Shown: positions 11,093 to 20,820 of the stretch, piece after piece
How positions within the stretch are numbered: position 1 is the first letter of the stretch
How the letters are laid out: the number at the start of each line of letters is the position of its first letter
DNA from: an uncultured archaeon
Lineage (GTDB): Archaea; Asgardarchaeota; Thorarchaeia; Thorarchaeales; Thorarchaeaceae
DNA: 64,000 nucleotides
Assembly (NCBI GenBank): GCA_964631415.1
Contig: CAZVZC010000002.1
Location: forward strand, 28,738 to 92,737
Direction of reading: 5' to 3'
The notes under the pieces: generated by a model
What the model was told of the DNA's origin: nothing
Databases searched by the model: none
What the model saw: only the letters and a program-made list of their open reading frames with translations
Made by a program: the position numbers and the translations under genes

Positions 11093-11368
11093 CTATTTGG
11101 GCTTGCCCCATTGCTTGTAGGCCAACTCTATGTCCTTATCAGTGATCGTCTTGCGGCCGGTGTGTTCTGTCAGTTCAAAGGCACGATGGGCTATGAACTC
11201 ACCCACCTCCTCAAGGATTGATGCTAGTCTCTCGGCGCCCTTATCGCTCACCCGACCTGCCCCGGCCTTACGAATCAGGCGATCTATCGGTGCCACGGGA
11301 ATGATCCTGTCCTTTCTTGATCGCGGCAAAGTGCTCTCACTCCTCGGACTGCCTCTAGCAGTCCGCAT
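11093..11368 (-). CDS. Archaeal histone (HMf-type fold), possibly with an N-terminal tail; alternative TTG start at 11329
   Basis: IPVAPIDRLIRKAGAGRVS...HTGRKTITDKDIELA histone-fold signature. Confidence 0.95.
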   Translation of the reverse strand: MRTARGSPRSESTLPRSRKDRIIPVAPIDRLIRKAGAGRVSDKGAERLASILEEVGEFIAHRAFELTEHTGRKTITDKDIELAYKQWGKPK

Positions 11369-11391
11369 AAACTCCTATTTGCATCCATCAC

Positions 11392-11399
11392 TATTTAAA
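11392..11399 (-). promoter_or_regulatory. TATA box (TTTAAATA) upstream of the histone gene
   Basis: Consensus archaeal TATA about 24 nt upstream of the ATG at 11368. Confidence 0.6.
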
Positions 11400-11457
11400 A
11401 CCTTAGTATGGTCAAAGCCTGACAGTTGGCTGGAGCAAACAATGGAGAAAGCCTTGC

Positions 11458-12735
11458 TCAGGATTCCTTCTTTACGATGACGATCCTAGCCTGCGACACC
11501 TGTGTTTTGAGGATGCTCAGGTCCAGACCCTGCTCCGCTTCTTTCACTTTGTCGATGTCGGCCGAGATCATTGGATACTTCGGCGGTAGAGTACAGCATG
11601 AAAGCCCTTCGCTGGCAAACTGGTACGTTCCGATTGATGCAGCTAGGTGCTCGACATCCACCTTGTCATCGCCGATGCAGGGCCTTAGTACAGGATAGTC
11701 GCAGACAACGCCGCCTATCGCTCTCAGATTTCTGCTTGTTTGAGAGGCCTGTTCGCCAATAATCTCACCTGTGACAAGGGCGTCTGCATTCTCCAGCACG
11801 GCTATTTCACGAGCCATCCGAAGCATGTTCCTCTTGCAGTACAGACACGTCATTCTATAGGGCGCATGACTGACTATGTCAGCCAGATCGGCACCGTGTG
11901 GCACTACGTACACCTTCACCTGGTAGTCATGGACGTACTCAGCGAGTTTTGCCGCCTGCTTCACTGCGACGCCACTGCATGCCTCGTTGGCATACGGTAT
12001 GTTATCGAAGGTGACAAAGACAGGGATACATCCTCTCTTCATTGCCTTGTACGCTGCGACTGGTGAGTCAAGTCCGCTTGAAATCAGACAGACGACTTTG
12101 CCCTGAGACCCCATGGGCATACCTCCAACACCAGGTATGGTTTCACTGAAAACATAGGCTGTTTCGTCACGGACTTCAACATCGACTACCTGAGCTGGTG
12201 ATTTGAGATCAACTTTGAGGTCGAAGCTGGCCAGCTTCTCTAGAATGCGTTCGCCCAGACGTTCTCGGATATCCTGACTGGAGTACGCGTGCGTGCCCAC
12301 CCTGCTTGCGCGGACAGCGAAGCTCCTACCTTTTGTGAATGAGGTCACGGCCATTGCGGAGCCCACGTCCAGTATGGTGTCCAAGTTTGAGTCAGTCACG
12401 ACCACGGGCGAAGTGGAAACAATGCCAAAGACGCGTGAAGCGACCTGCGACACTTTCACTGCCTCGGTTGTTTCAACATAGACCCGACCGAAGTCGGTCC
12501 TTATGCGAGAGAAGCTCACTCCTACCTCCTTCAGCGCTGTTTCCACATGCTTCACGAGCAGAGAGACCATCCGTCGTCGGGTCTGTTTGGACTTGATACC
12601 AATCTCACCATACCGGAGAAGCACGGCTGAGTACTCTGGCAACATATCGGAGGGCTCCTTTTTGGATTGTGAAGGGAATTGCCGCACTGGACGGCAGTCA
12701 TCCACTTTAGAGATGGAGTAGGGCTTCGTTGACAC
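11458..12735 (-). CDS. thiI: tRNA 4-thiouridine synthase ThiI (true start may be further downstream)
   Basis: RYGEIGIKS, a THUMP region, GGMPMGSQG, PP-loop SSGLDS and TGE..GEQASQT. Confidence 0.93.
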   Translation of the reverse strand: MSTKPYSISKVDDCRPVRQFPSQSKKEPSDMLPEYSAVLLRYGEIGIKSKQTRRRMVSLLVKHVETALKEVGVSFSRIRTDFGRVYVETTEAVKVSQVASRVFGIVSTSPVVVTDSNLDTILDVGSAMAVTSFTKGRSFAVRASRVGTHAYSSQDIRERLGERILEKLASFDLKVDLKSPAQVVDVEVRDETAYVFSETIPGVGGMPMGSQGKVVCLISSGLDSPVAAYKAMKRGCIPVFVTFDNIPYANEACSGVAVKQAAKLAEYVHDYQVKVYVVPHGADLADIVSHAPYRMTCLYCKRNMLRMAREIAVLENADALVTGEIIGEQASQTSRNLRAIGGVVCDYPVLRPCIGDDKVDVEHLAASIGTYQFASEGLSCCTLPPKYPMISADIDKVKEAEQGLDLSILKTQVSQARIVIVKKES

Positions 12736-12744
12736 CCGCGATTA

Positions 12745-13488
12745 TCACACTTTGAGGGCGACAGAACCATTCAAGCCATTGACTCTCATTATCTTCGACT
12801 TGCCGCCTGCCGATACAGTCACGTAGTAGGTCGGCACGTAGAATCCATCAAGCCGGCTGAAGACAACCTTATGATTGACGATACGCTTTGCACCAGCCGG
12901 CGCCTTCGCCGCCACTTTCAGGATGTCTTTGACAACCTTGTCGATGGAGGTATATTTTCCGGGAGAAACACTCACCTTCTTCAGCCAGCTGCCTACAGCG
13001 GGTTTCTTCCCTGCGCCAGCAAGAAGCGGCTCGATGGCCCTAGCTTGAGTACCATTCGCTCCGTCGAGCGTCATGCCATCAGATGCTGAAACTTCGTACA
13101 ATTCTGATATCTCAAGCGCGACAGCCTTGCCCGGTACATCCTTGCCCTTCTTGGGCACGATCACGGAATTGCCCACCATCGCTGCGACGACTCTGTCATT
13201 CACCCCGAGCTCTTGTTGGCGAGATTGGACGTACTTCATCGACATGTCAGCCTTGTAGATGCAGTAGAAATCATACTTCAATGAAGGCTTGCCCACAGTG
13301 ACTGAACCGGGCGAAGTCCCCAGTGCCGCTGCCCCATCTCTCGTGGCCAGCTCCGTGGCCTTCTCAGGTTTCATCTTGGGCTCGAAGTAGTACGCTTTCT
13401 GCTTCTTGTCATCCACGGCCATTTTCACGCTTGGGCCGACTGGTTTCAAGAGAGCAGGCGACACAGAAGACGGTTTCTTTGACATCAT
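12745..13488 (-). CDS. Hypothetical Lys-rich protein
   Basis: Coherent ORF directly upstream of thiI on the same strand, ending FYVPTY...VNGLNG. No function recognised. Confidence 0.7.
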   Translation of the reverse strand: MMSKKPSSVSPALLKPVGPSVKMAVDDKKQKAYYFEPKMKPEKATELATRDGAAALGTSPGSVTVGKPSLKYDFYCIYKADMSMKYVQSRQQELGVNDRVVAAMVGNSVIVPKKGKDVPGKAVALEISELYEVSASDGMTLDGANGTQARAIEPLLAGAGKKPAVGSWLKKVSVSPGKYTSIDKVVKDILKVAAKAPAGAKRIVNHKVVFSRLDGFYVPTYYVTVSAGGKSKIMRVNGLNGSVALKV

Positions 13489-13592
13489 GTACCACCAACA
13501 GGTCAATGACTGCTAGGTATTTGTTCTCTTTGGTCTGCAGAACGCACCATACTCAAGCTAGGGCAGCACTTCCGTACTGCTAAGTCGTCCCG

Positions 13593-15326
13593 TCACTTGT
13601 GGGCGAAAGCGACTCGAACGGACGGGTCCGCTTCAAACACACGGCCAAAGCCCACACGCTCGAATTGGACAAAAGTCCCAACAGAAATCATGGATATTGC
13701 TGGCTCGGCAAGTCCCGTGATCTTCTTCCCGTCGACCAAGGTCATCTCTACTGGAACGCCATCTTCCTTGGGCACCCACTGAATAATCGGCGCACGAGTT
13801 TCCCGTACGCGTTCAACCTCGCGGCTATGGAACATAGCTCCAGGGGTTGGTGTCTTCTGGAGAGTGAAGTTCGCAAAGTCCTTCATCCTGAAGATGGCAC
13901 CCTCCTCAATGTGCTCATAGTCAGTCCCCTGTATTCCGATGATGAGCTTCCTGGCCTTCCGAGTGAGTGGAATCTCCCTTATTCCGCGTTCAGGGAAGTC
14001 AGGGTGCACAGGAGCTTCAGCCTTCACCATGTCAGCTGGTACTTTGGTCAGGCTCAGCCACACAGGAGATTCGACAAAGAACAGACGCGGTGCTTCAGTG
14101 TCTTTCAGCTTCCTGTTCTCGGAGTAGACGGCCTTCATGGATATCGAGATGTCCGCCAGACTAAGGCCCAAGTCAAGCATGACCTTCTTCAGTGCATTTG
14201 GGTCAATCCCGCGTTTTGCTAGCGACTGCATGCTCCAAGTACGCGGGTCATCCCAGCCGCTATAGGTCCCCATTTTCACTTCTCTTCGAGACTTGCTCTT
14301 GCTCAACGTTGCGTCTTCGAACTTCAGCCGACCATAATAGATGAGCTCAGGATGTCGCCATCCGTACATGTTCCACACGAACTCCTCGATCTTCCCCTCT
14401 TTCACGAGATCCTTTCCTCTGATTATGTGGGAGATGCCAAGCTCATGATCGTCTATCCCCCATGAGAACTCAAGTAGAGGCCAGACTCTGTAACGAGAGC
14501 CAACCCTGGGATGTTCGGTCTCAGAAACTCTCAGAATGACGTGGTCTCGAAGTGCAGGGTCAGGAAGATCCATTCCAGTTTTGAGCCGAACTGCTGCAGC
14601 TTTGGCAGAATACGTACCGTCCAGCATCTTTTCCCATCGGTCGATATTCTCCTCTGGGCTGATGTTGCGGCAGGCACAGGGTATCCCTTTCGCCTTGTTC
14701 TCCTTCCTCCAAGTTTCTGCATCGCATGTGCACACGTACGCCAAGGACTTCTGAATCAAGTCCCTCGCATACTTGTAGAACAACTCAAGCCTATCAGATT
14801 TGTAGATGGTTCGATCGCACTTGACACCCAGATACTCGAGACCTTGAGGTATCAGGTCATAGGCATCAGGCTCCAGCACTTTTTCTTCAGAGCCTATCGT
14901 ATCATCAAAGACCAGAATCAGCTCGCCGCCATACCTGTGTACGTAGTAGTCATTGAGAATCACCATACGAGCATTCCCCACATGGAGCGGACCAGAGGGG
15001 AAAGGTGCGAGCCGCATCACGACCTTTGGCCATGCTTGCAGATTTGGCAGGTCAGGCAGACCCTTAGGTTCAAGCTTCCGCTCGGTGGCCTGTCCAACCA
15101 GATCTGGCGCAATCCTTGCGAACTCAGTTCGTTGCTCATCCAAGGACATAGCGCCCACTTCTGCGACCATTCGCTCGGTAATCTCCTTTACTTCGCGAGC
15201 ACGCGACCGCAGATCTGCACGGACACCGAGCAGAGCGCCCATGACCGACTTGGCGCTCGGAACCCCGTTGTATTTCATGGCGTTGTCAAGCACCAGCTTA
15301 CGGATTTCTACTTCCAGCTCGCTCAA
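13593..15326 (-). CDS. gltX: Glutamate--tRNA ligase (archaeal type)
   Basis: RLAPFPSGPLHVGN (HIGH motif), LSKS (KMSKS motif), GWDDPR, QFERVGF. Confidence 0.96.
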   Translation of the reverse strand: MSELEVEIRKLVLDNAMKYNGVPSAKSVMGALLGVRADLRSRAREVKEITERMVAEVGAMSLDEQRTEFARIAPDLVGQATERKLEPKGLPDLPNLQAWPKVVMRLAPFPSGPLHVGNARMVILNDYYVHRYGGELILVFDDTIGSEEKVLEPDAYDLIPQGLEYLGVKCDRTIYKSDRLELFYKYARDLIQKSLAYVCTCDAETWRKENKAKGIPCACRNISPEENIDRWEKMLDGTYSAKAAAVRLKTGMDLPDPALRDHVILRVSETEHPRVGSRYRVWPLLEFSWGIDDHELGISHIIRGKDLVKEGKIEEFVWNMYGWRHPELIYYGRLKFEDATLSKSKSRREVKMGTYSGWDDPRTWSMQSLAKRGIDPNALKKVMLDLGLSLADISISMKAVYSENRKLKDTEAPRLFFVESPVWLSLTKVPADMVKAEAPVHPDFPERGIREIPLTRKARKLIIGIQGTDYEHIEEGAIFRMKDFANFTLQKTPTPGAMFHSREVERVRETRAPIIQWVPKEDGVPVEMTLVDGKKITGLAEPAISMISVGTFVQFERVGFGRVFEADPSVRVAFAHK

Positions 15327-15450
15327 TCGTACCAGCTCCTCACCGACACACAGACCTTGTCATTTAACTTTGACTGGATGTGAAAGACTCTGTCCGTGCA
15401 ATCACAAAAGGGGGTTTGAGCTTCAGAATACCTTATTTGGAATCAGTTAA

Positions 15451-15867
15451 GTGGCAAAAGGGCATTCATATCCATCACAGGTGCAGGCGTTGACTCAAGA
15501 GCTCAAGTGCTGCAAAAGGTGCGGAGGTTACTACTCCTGTAGTCACAAGGGTGAGTGTTGCCCTGAGTGCGAGTACCTCGATCCAGAAGAGAATGTCTGT
15601 CTTGCTGTTCACAAGGCCAAGAAGGGAAAGAAGGAGCAGCCCGTAGAGGAGGAGCCGGAACCGGAAACCTTCCTATTCGAAGATGAGGAAGAAGAGGAAG
15701 AGGCCCCAAGCGGGACAACAACAACACCAACAACACCAGTAGCAGCAGAAGAAGAAGAAGAGGAAGAGGAAGAAGAGGTCGAAGAGGAGCTTGATGAGGA
15801 TCTGGACGAAGACCTCTTCGAAGAGGATGAAGGGGAAGAGGACCAAGGGGACGACGACTGGCTCTAG
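15451..15867 (+). CDS. Small Cys-rich (probably Zn-binding) protein with a long Glu/Asp-rich tail ending DDDWL
   Basis: CCKRC..CSHKGECCPEC..C cluster followed by a very acidic C-terminal half. Divergent from gltX. Confidence 0.75.
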   Translation: MAKGHSYPSQVQALTQELKCCKRCGGYYSCSHKGECCPECEYLDPEENVCLAVHKAKKGKKEQPVEEEPEPETFLFEDEEEEEEAPSGTTTTPTTPVAAEEEEEEEEEEVEEELDEDLDEDLFEEDEGEEDQGDDDWL

Positions 15868-16655
15868 GGCGATGGTGGCATGAGTATGTTGTAGAAATAC
15901 AACGCGAACAGGGCCGTAGCTATCATCAGCAACAGGGTTGCATTGCCTACCAACCACGTCCTCGCTTGGCCTTTTCCTACCTTGATTGGGCCAAAGGGCT
16001 TCAGGCCAGTTGGAGCCTTGTGTGCCGGGTCGGCTGAGATCCAGAGTATCTCCAGCGGACTTGCATCACTGGGGAAGACGTCAAGGTACAGATGCGCCGC
16101 ATATCCTAGAAGGAAGAGAGCGGTGATGTAGTATTCTGTCGCCGCTCCTATTCTGAGAGAGGTCGTCGAGGTTATCGCCAGAAACACATTGATCAGAGTC
16201 ATCAAGACGATGAGCATAGGTAGGACCGCAGAGTGGAATATTACATTCCGGTGGCGCTCAATTCCCATTAGAGGAATGTCCCAGTCCGGCATCAACGTTC
16301 CCGACATCATTATGAATGCGCCAATGAAGATAGACAGGTTTCCGATGATTGGCACCCCGCTGACCAAGTGATAGGCCACGCTACCAACAAGCGTTCCCAG
16401 ACAGAACACAATGAAGGTCAAGGCGCCCGCCGACGCCCTGTTACTGGTCGTGCGATCGGCCATCTCCTTGTTGGGGGCTTTGTAGAAAAGTATTGGCACG
16501 ACGACCACCGTGAGCAAGACTCCGCCGGCGAGATAGTAGAACAGCAAGGCCGAGAGAAGACCTATGTCCGAGAGCCACACACTGGCCGCATAGACTAGGG
16601 AGTACAGAGCCACAAACAGGCCGAAGCCGAACATCATGTGTGAGAACGAGTTCAT
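15864..16655 (-). CDS. Membrane-bound metal-dependent hydrolase (YdjM-like)
   Basis: N-terminal SH, PDWD, RHR..FHS and GY.AHLYLD motifs in a multi-TM protein. Confidence 0.75.
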   Translation of the reverse strand: MNSFSHMMFGFGLFVALYSLVYAASVWLSDIGLLSALLFYYLAGGVLLTVVVVPILFYKAPNKEMADRTTSNRASAGALTFIVFCLGTLVGSVAYHLVSGVPIIGNLSIFIGAFIMMSGTLMPDWDIPLMGIERHRNVIFHSAVLPMLIVLMTLINVFLAITSTTSLRIGAATEYYITALFLLGYAAHLYLDVFPSDASPLEILWISADPAHKAPTGLKPFGPIKVGKGQARTWLVGNATLLLMIATALFALYFYNILMPPSP

Positions 16656-16709
16656 CTTCCCAAACTCCTTTCTGACGAACGCTGGCTAGCTGCCGGGTCC
16701 ATGATAGTC

Positions 16710-19049
16710 TTATGCCTTTCTACTCCTCAGACCTGGGAACCAGTATTGAGTGCTCTGTGAGTAGCTTCGCTGGACTTTGGCGACGCCGCCATTGACGAGA
16801 AGGTCCAGAGCATTCTTGACTCTCTCCTCTGTCCAACCCAGACCCACGACCGCTTCCTCTATTGTCAGCCGTGCCTCCTTCCGGGCCGCAAGACCCAGTA
16901 TTTGCTCTGGGTCGTCTGTAAGTGAAACAGGCACGAACTTGACCAGCCTTGCCCCTCCCTCCAAACTGGTCATGCCCTCAATGAGACCTTCCCGAGACAT
17001 TTCCTGAATGGCGGACTCAATCTCGTCTGCGTTCGCGTTCCAGCCAAGGTCGTCTAGTTGAACCATGAGCGTTGAGAAGAGCATGATGCCGCCAGACTGC
17101 TTGGATTCTTCAGCGATTCTCAGTATGTCTCTCCTGAGAGCCTCACTCCTGTCATCGCGCTTCAGAAGACGCTTGATCATTCCCTTCTTCTTGGTGGCCT
17201 CAACAATCCAGGCTTCGGACTCATATCCGAGGTCTGACAACAGTTCCACCAGAGCAGTTCGATATGCGGGGATATTCAGAAGTGTGTCGCCATGAGTCTG
17301 AAATGCATCCCACAGCCGGTCTCGAATCATGTCTATCCGCCTTGCTCGTTCGACAAGCTTGTCTAATGAATCCCCTAGCTGCTCCTCATGAGACATCTGA
17401 GTCAAGACGACGGGAATGACAGTGTCAGTGCTACCTGCAAGATGGAACTCGATTGTTTGATCCCTGTGGCCGGGTGCACTGACACGCCCTCTATGCAAAC
17501 CCGTCTGTAAAGACAAACTAACCGCTCCACTTGCATCGGCCTCACTATTGACCCCGTCCAGCTCAAGAACAGCACGACCAACCGGCGTACCTGCCTCATT
17601 ATGGATACGAAACTCAACTCGACACTCCGCTGACGTACCTGAAACCAGTGGGGGGCTGATTGGCACGGTAGCAGTCGTTGTCAGGACTTGCTCAGAGAAG
17701 CCTGAAAGCATAGAGTCCACGTCTGCCAGAGCAGACTCCTTGATTAGGCCATCGGCAAGAAGCATCTTGGCTCCTTCTTTAATCATCTGCCTCGTGTTCT
17801 TCAGCACAAGCAGGTTGTACATCTGAGATGCATCCCTGATCATCTTCCTCAAAGCGACATCACTGTTTGCTCGCTCCTCGCACCAGCTAGAGATCTGCGT
17901 AATCTCTCGGGAGGCTTCCGACATCGAATCGACGTACTCCCTTCGCAGACCAATCTTCTGGCGGTCAATCAGCAAGCGCGAGGGAGGATAGACAGCGATG
18001 TCCAGCCGCCCCTTCTTTGAGAAACCAGCGAAGACCAGAGGAATGAGAAGGACAGCCGCACCTCCTGAGAGGTCCAGATCATGTGCCGAAACCTCTAGGC
18101 GTTCCAGATTCGTACGGCATTCAGACAACGCCCCTCTGGCCGTGTTCATCTCTGATTCCATCGATTCCAGACTGAGCAGCAGTCCCCTCGAGGCGGCTTG
18201 ACCCTCGGCGAAGGTCTTCTTCTTCTTCTCGAGGTCTCTCTTCAGAGCAGTTTCACGGGCTCTCAGGAGCTCTGGGAGCTCTGTTCCTTTCGTGCTACTC
18301 TTGTCGGGTTTGGAAGTCGTTGTCTGCCTGAGCCGGGACTGAAGACTGGACACTTCCTTCTGAAGGGTTTCAATCCTCAAGTCCAGCCGTGCTACTACCT
18401 CTGAAACCTCCTTCTCGCGTGCTGCGATGATTTGGCGCGTCTTTGCCCTCAATGCTTCAATCAGTTGTGGAATCTGCGTTTCCGCCGTCCGTAGCGAACT
18501 GGCGGCAGCCCTGACCGTTTCGGAAGCCTCGTCGGATGCAGACGACTGGATCACTGGCGACAGAATAAGCGCGTAGGCCTCTGGTCCCTTTCTGAGAGGC
18601 CAACCCAAGAGCTGCGTAACTCCTCCTGCTGTAGGCTCCGAGAGAGCACCACGGAGTGTGACCGACGTTGCACTAGCGATGCTTCTGGCTGCCGCCAGCG
18701 CCTCGTCCAAGCACTCTTGGATCTGGGCGTCTGTCGCGGCGCCCTCGACCTTCTTCAGGAGGCTCTCAAGACTGGGGTTTCGAGGAACTCTGACCGAAGT
18801 CGAAGCGAACCCCAGAAGCTCTACCAGGAAACACTTGCCAGCATTGGGGGAAGGCACAACAAGCACAGGCAGGTAGACCTTGAGAAGGAACTCCAAATCC
18901 CTGCCATTTCGTGCTACAATCGATCTGAATGTGAAATCCGCAAAGACGTACTCTTCAGGGGCCCCCTGCTCCACGGACCTGCCGTCTGGCAAGCGCACGC
19001 TGCTTGTGCCAGTGACTGGAACAATCATCTGTCTGCGGTCTTGGTCCAT
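16710..19049 (-). CDS. Multidomain protein: coiled-coil domain + PEGA/carboxypeptidase-regulatory-like beta sandwich + C-terminal ESCRT-II Vps22/Vps36 (EAP30)-like tandem winged helices (start uncertain, ORF extends to 19124)
   Basis: The C-terminus GGIM...VKFVPVSLTDDPEQILGLA...LGWTEERVKNALDLLVNGGVA...QYWFP follows the Vps22/SNF8 pattern (VP.EL..D...L.LA...L.W..ER....L..L...G.A...YW.P). Confidence 0.8.
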   Translation of the reverse strand: MDQDRRQMIVPVTGTSSVRLPDGRSVEQGAPEEYVFADFTFRSIVARNGRDLEFLLKVYLPVLVVPSPNAGKCFLVELLGFASTSVRVPRNPSLESLLKKVEGAATDAQIQECLDEALAAARSIASATSVTLRGALSEPTAGGVTQLLGWPLRKGPEAYALILSPVIQSSASDEASETVRAAASSLRTAETQIPQLIEALRAKTRQIIAAREKEVSEVVARLDLRIETLQKEVSSLQSRLRQTTTSKPDKSSTKGTELPELLRARETALKRDLEKKKKTFAEGQAASRGLLLSLESMESEMNTARGALSECRTNLERLEVSAHDLDLSGGAAVLLIPLVFAGFSKKGRLDIAVYPPSRLLIDRQKIGLRREYVDSMSEASREITQISSWCEERANSDVALRKMIRDASQMYNLLVLKNTRQMIKEGAKMLLADGLIKESALADVDSMLSGFSEQVLTTTATVPISPPLVSGTSAECRVEFRIHNEAGTPVGRAVLELDGVNSEADASGAVSLSLQTGLHRGRVSAPGHRDQTIEFHLAGSTDTVIPVVLTQMSHEEQLGDSLDKLVERARRIDMIRDRLWDAFQTHGDTLLNIPAYRTALVELLSDLGYESEAWIVEATKKKGMIKRLLKRDDRSEALRRDILRIAEESKQSGGIMLFSTLMVQLDDLGWNANADEIESAIQEMSREGLIEGMTSLEGGARLVKFVPVSLTDDPEQILGLAARKEARLTIEEAVVGLGWTEERVKNALDLLVNGGVAKVQRSYSQSTQYWFPGLRSRKA

Positions 19050-19186
19050 TGCGGCCCCCGGCTTTCGGGGTATGTGGCAAGGCTTTTCATCCTTTCTGGG
19101 CACGAGCATCTGCCAGTGAACCAAAGTCCCGACTCAGGTCAACTTTGTCGCGGCACGGTCATGGTGAAAGGACTAGGTCAACGTCT

Positions 19187-19627
19187 ATGTCCAAGAGGAA
19201 TAGCGAGGCTCTCGACCCCTACTGTCGGCAATGCGGGCAATACAAGGGTGTTGGCCCCTGTTCTAGGTGCTCTCCACACGAGGCATCAGAGCGAACAATG
19301 GAAGCCAAGGAAGGCGATATTGATCACGGAGGCAGCATTCGACGAGCAAGCGGCCGGTTAGAAGCAAAATGCTACATCTGTGGCACACCGGGGTCTGTAG
19401 TATGCCATGTGTGCGGTCGGGCTTATTGCGATAGACATGGAATAGGCTGCGATAGGAGAACACTCGGAGGACCAGAACACCGCATCGGGACTTGCAGCAG
19501 GTGCGGGCAGCAAATATGCGAACACTGTTGGCTACTCAGTGATCAGGGCCAAATACTCTGTGTCGAGCACATTGAAGAAGAGGCACCGAAGCGCTCTAGT
19601 GAACGGCACCACAGAACCCTTGAGTGA
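19187..19627 (+). CDS. Multi-zinc-finger (B-box-like) protein
   Basis: CxxC..CxxC; CYIC-x7-CHVC-x4-CDRH; CSRC-x4-CEHC..CVEH. Confidence 0.75.
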   Translation: MSKRNSEALDPYCRQCGQYKGVGPCSRCSPHEASERTMEAKEGDIDHGGSIRRASGRLEAKCYICGTPGSVVCHVCGRAYCDRHGIGCDRRTLGGPEHRIGTCSRCGQQICEHCWLLSDQGQILCVEHIEEEAPKRSSERHHRTLE

Positions 19628-19677
19628 CCCTAGACACCTGCATTCATCGTTAAGGAACGTCGCAGTCAAACATTTAT

Positions 19678-20820
19678 GTGGAGACTGCAAATCCAAGTCC
19701 GGAGCAGGACATGCCAGAAGCGGTGTTCGTTGTTCATCTAGATGACTACCAGGGTTTCATAGTCGAGAAGAGGCATCCCGCTTCGTTCACATTGAACGAA
19801 AAAGTGCTGAACCTCATCTTCTATGAACATGAGAAAGAAGACAAGGAGAATCTCAGGTACACCGAGATTGAGAGTCTCAGAGTCGTTTCCTTCGTTGACA
19901 AGACCCATCATGGTTGGATGGTATGCTTCGTCCTAAGCCCCGAAGAGCAATTCGAAACTCTCAGAACGCCAGTTTTGGGCATGGGACGGCTGATACTAGA
20001 GCTCATGATTGAGGCTCCGGAAACAGTCCATCTTGACCAGATACTGGAACGCCAGAGTTCACTCGACGAGATTGGCGATGAGCAGAAGTGTGCGCAGGTC
20101 TTTCTGACGCCATCCTCGGCGCTACTACTGGAGAAGATGGAAGCAGAGGGAGTCGAGAAGGCGGCGAAGATTTCAATCTGGCTGAAAGGGCAAGTACAGA
20201 CTGACTCCGTAGACCTGCGTGAGGTGATTAAACCGTTGATGGACTCAGGTTTAGTCAAGGTTGAGGTCGTTGGCAAGACCACTGAAACCGTGTTCCTGCT
20301 CAGAGACCTGTTTGGCTACCGGGCACCGCCTGTCAAGGCAATCGCAAGAGCAAAAGAGTCCACGCCCCAGCTGGCTGCGAAGTACCTAGAGCATGTGACG
20401 CAGTTCTTCGCACCGCCACCACCGAGCAAGGGATACAACCCCACGATACCCAGTGATGACCCAAACTCACCAGTATTCGAGGACAGAGAGAGGATCTCAC
20501 GCGTACTGTCAAAGAGCCTTCGTTACAAGGTCCTCAAATATCTCCGGGAAGAGCCTTTGACTGTGCGGCAGATTGCGGACAAGACAGAACTGCCTGAGGG
20601 AGTTGTCCAGAACGCATTGTCGGCATTGCAGTCGGACCATGTCACGGCTGAAATCGGGGAAGGAGTATGGGGTCTCTTAACAGATCCAGTCATGGAAACT
20701 TTCATGCCAGAGTTCATACTGCCTGTCATTGCCAAGAAACTGTCGGCCAAGGAGATAGGACTCGACACTGCGAGAAGGCATCTTGAGCTTCTCTCTGAAG
20801 CATGGAGTGGTCATCAATGA
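19678..20820 (+). CDS. Longin/uDENN-like N-terminal domain plus winged-helix domains (NPRL2/3-like layout)
   Basis: VFVVHLDDYQGFIVEKRHP start resembles uDENN/longin beta strands. wHTH-like segments (PLMDSGLVK; PLTVRQIADKTELPEGVVQNALSAL). ATGA overlap with the GTPase gene. Confidence 0.6.
   Translation: METANPSPEQDMPEAVFVVHLDDYQGFIVEKRHPASFTLNEKVLNLIFYEHEKEDKENLRYTEIESLRVVSFVDKTHHGWMVCFVLSPEEQFETLRTPVLGMGRLILELMIEAPETVHLDQILERQSSLDEIGDEQKCAQVFLTPSSALLLEKMEAEGVEKAAKISIWLKGQVQTDSVDLREVIKPLMDSGLVKVEVVGKTTETVFLLRDLFGYRAPPVKAIARAKESTPQLAAKYLEHVTQFFAPPPPSKGYNPTIPSDDPNSPVFEDRERISRVLSKSLRYKVLKYLREEPLTVRQIADKTELPEGVVQNALSALQSDHVTAEIGEGVWGLLTDPVMETFMPEFILPVIAKKLSAKEIGLDTARRHLELLSEAWSGHQ

Noticed and set aside
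14511-15383. 290-aa ORF antisense to gltX (also the long antisense ORFs at 22595-23308 and 33589-34377)
   Set aside because: Antisense shadows of well-supported genes with no independent motifs.
15714-15780. ACA and GAA triplet runs as a phase-variation tract
   Set aside because: Triplet units preserve the frame and simply encode poly-Thr and poly-Glu.
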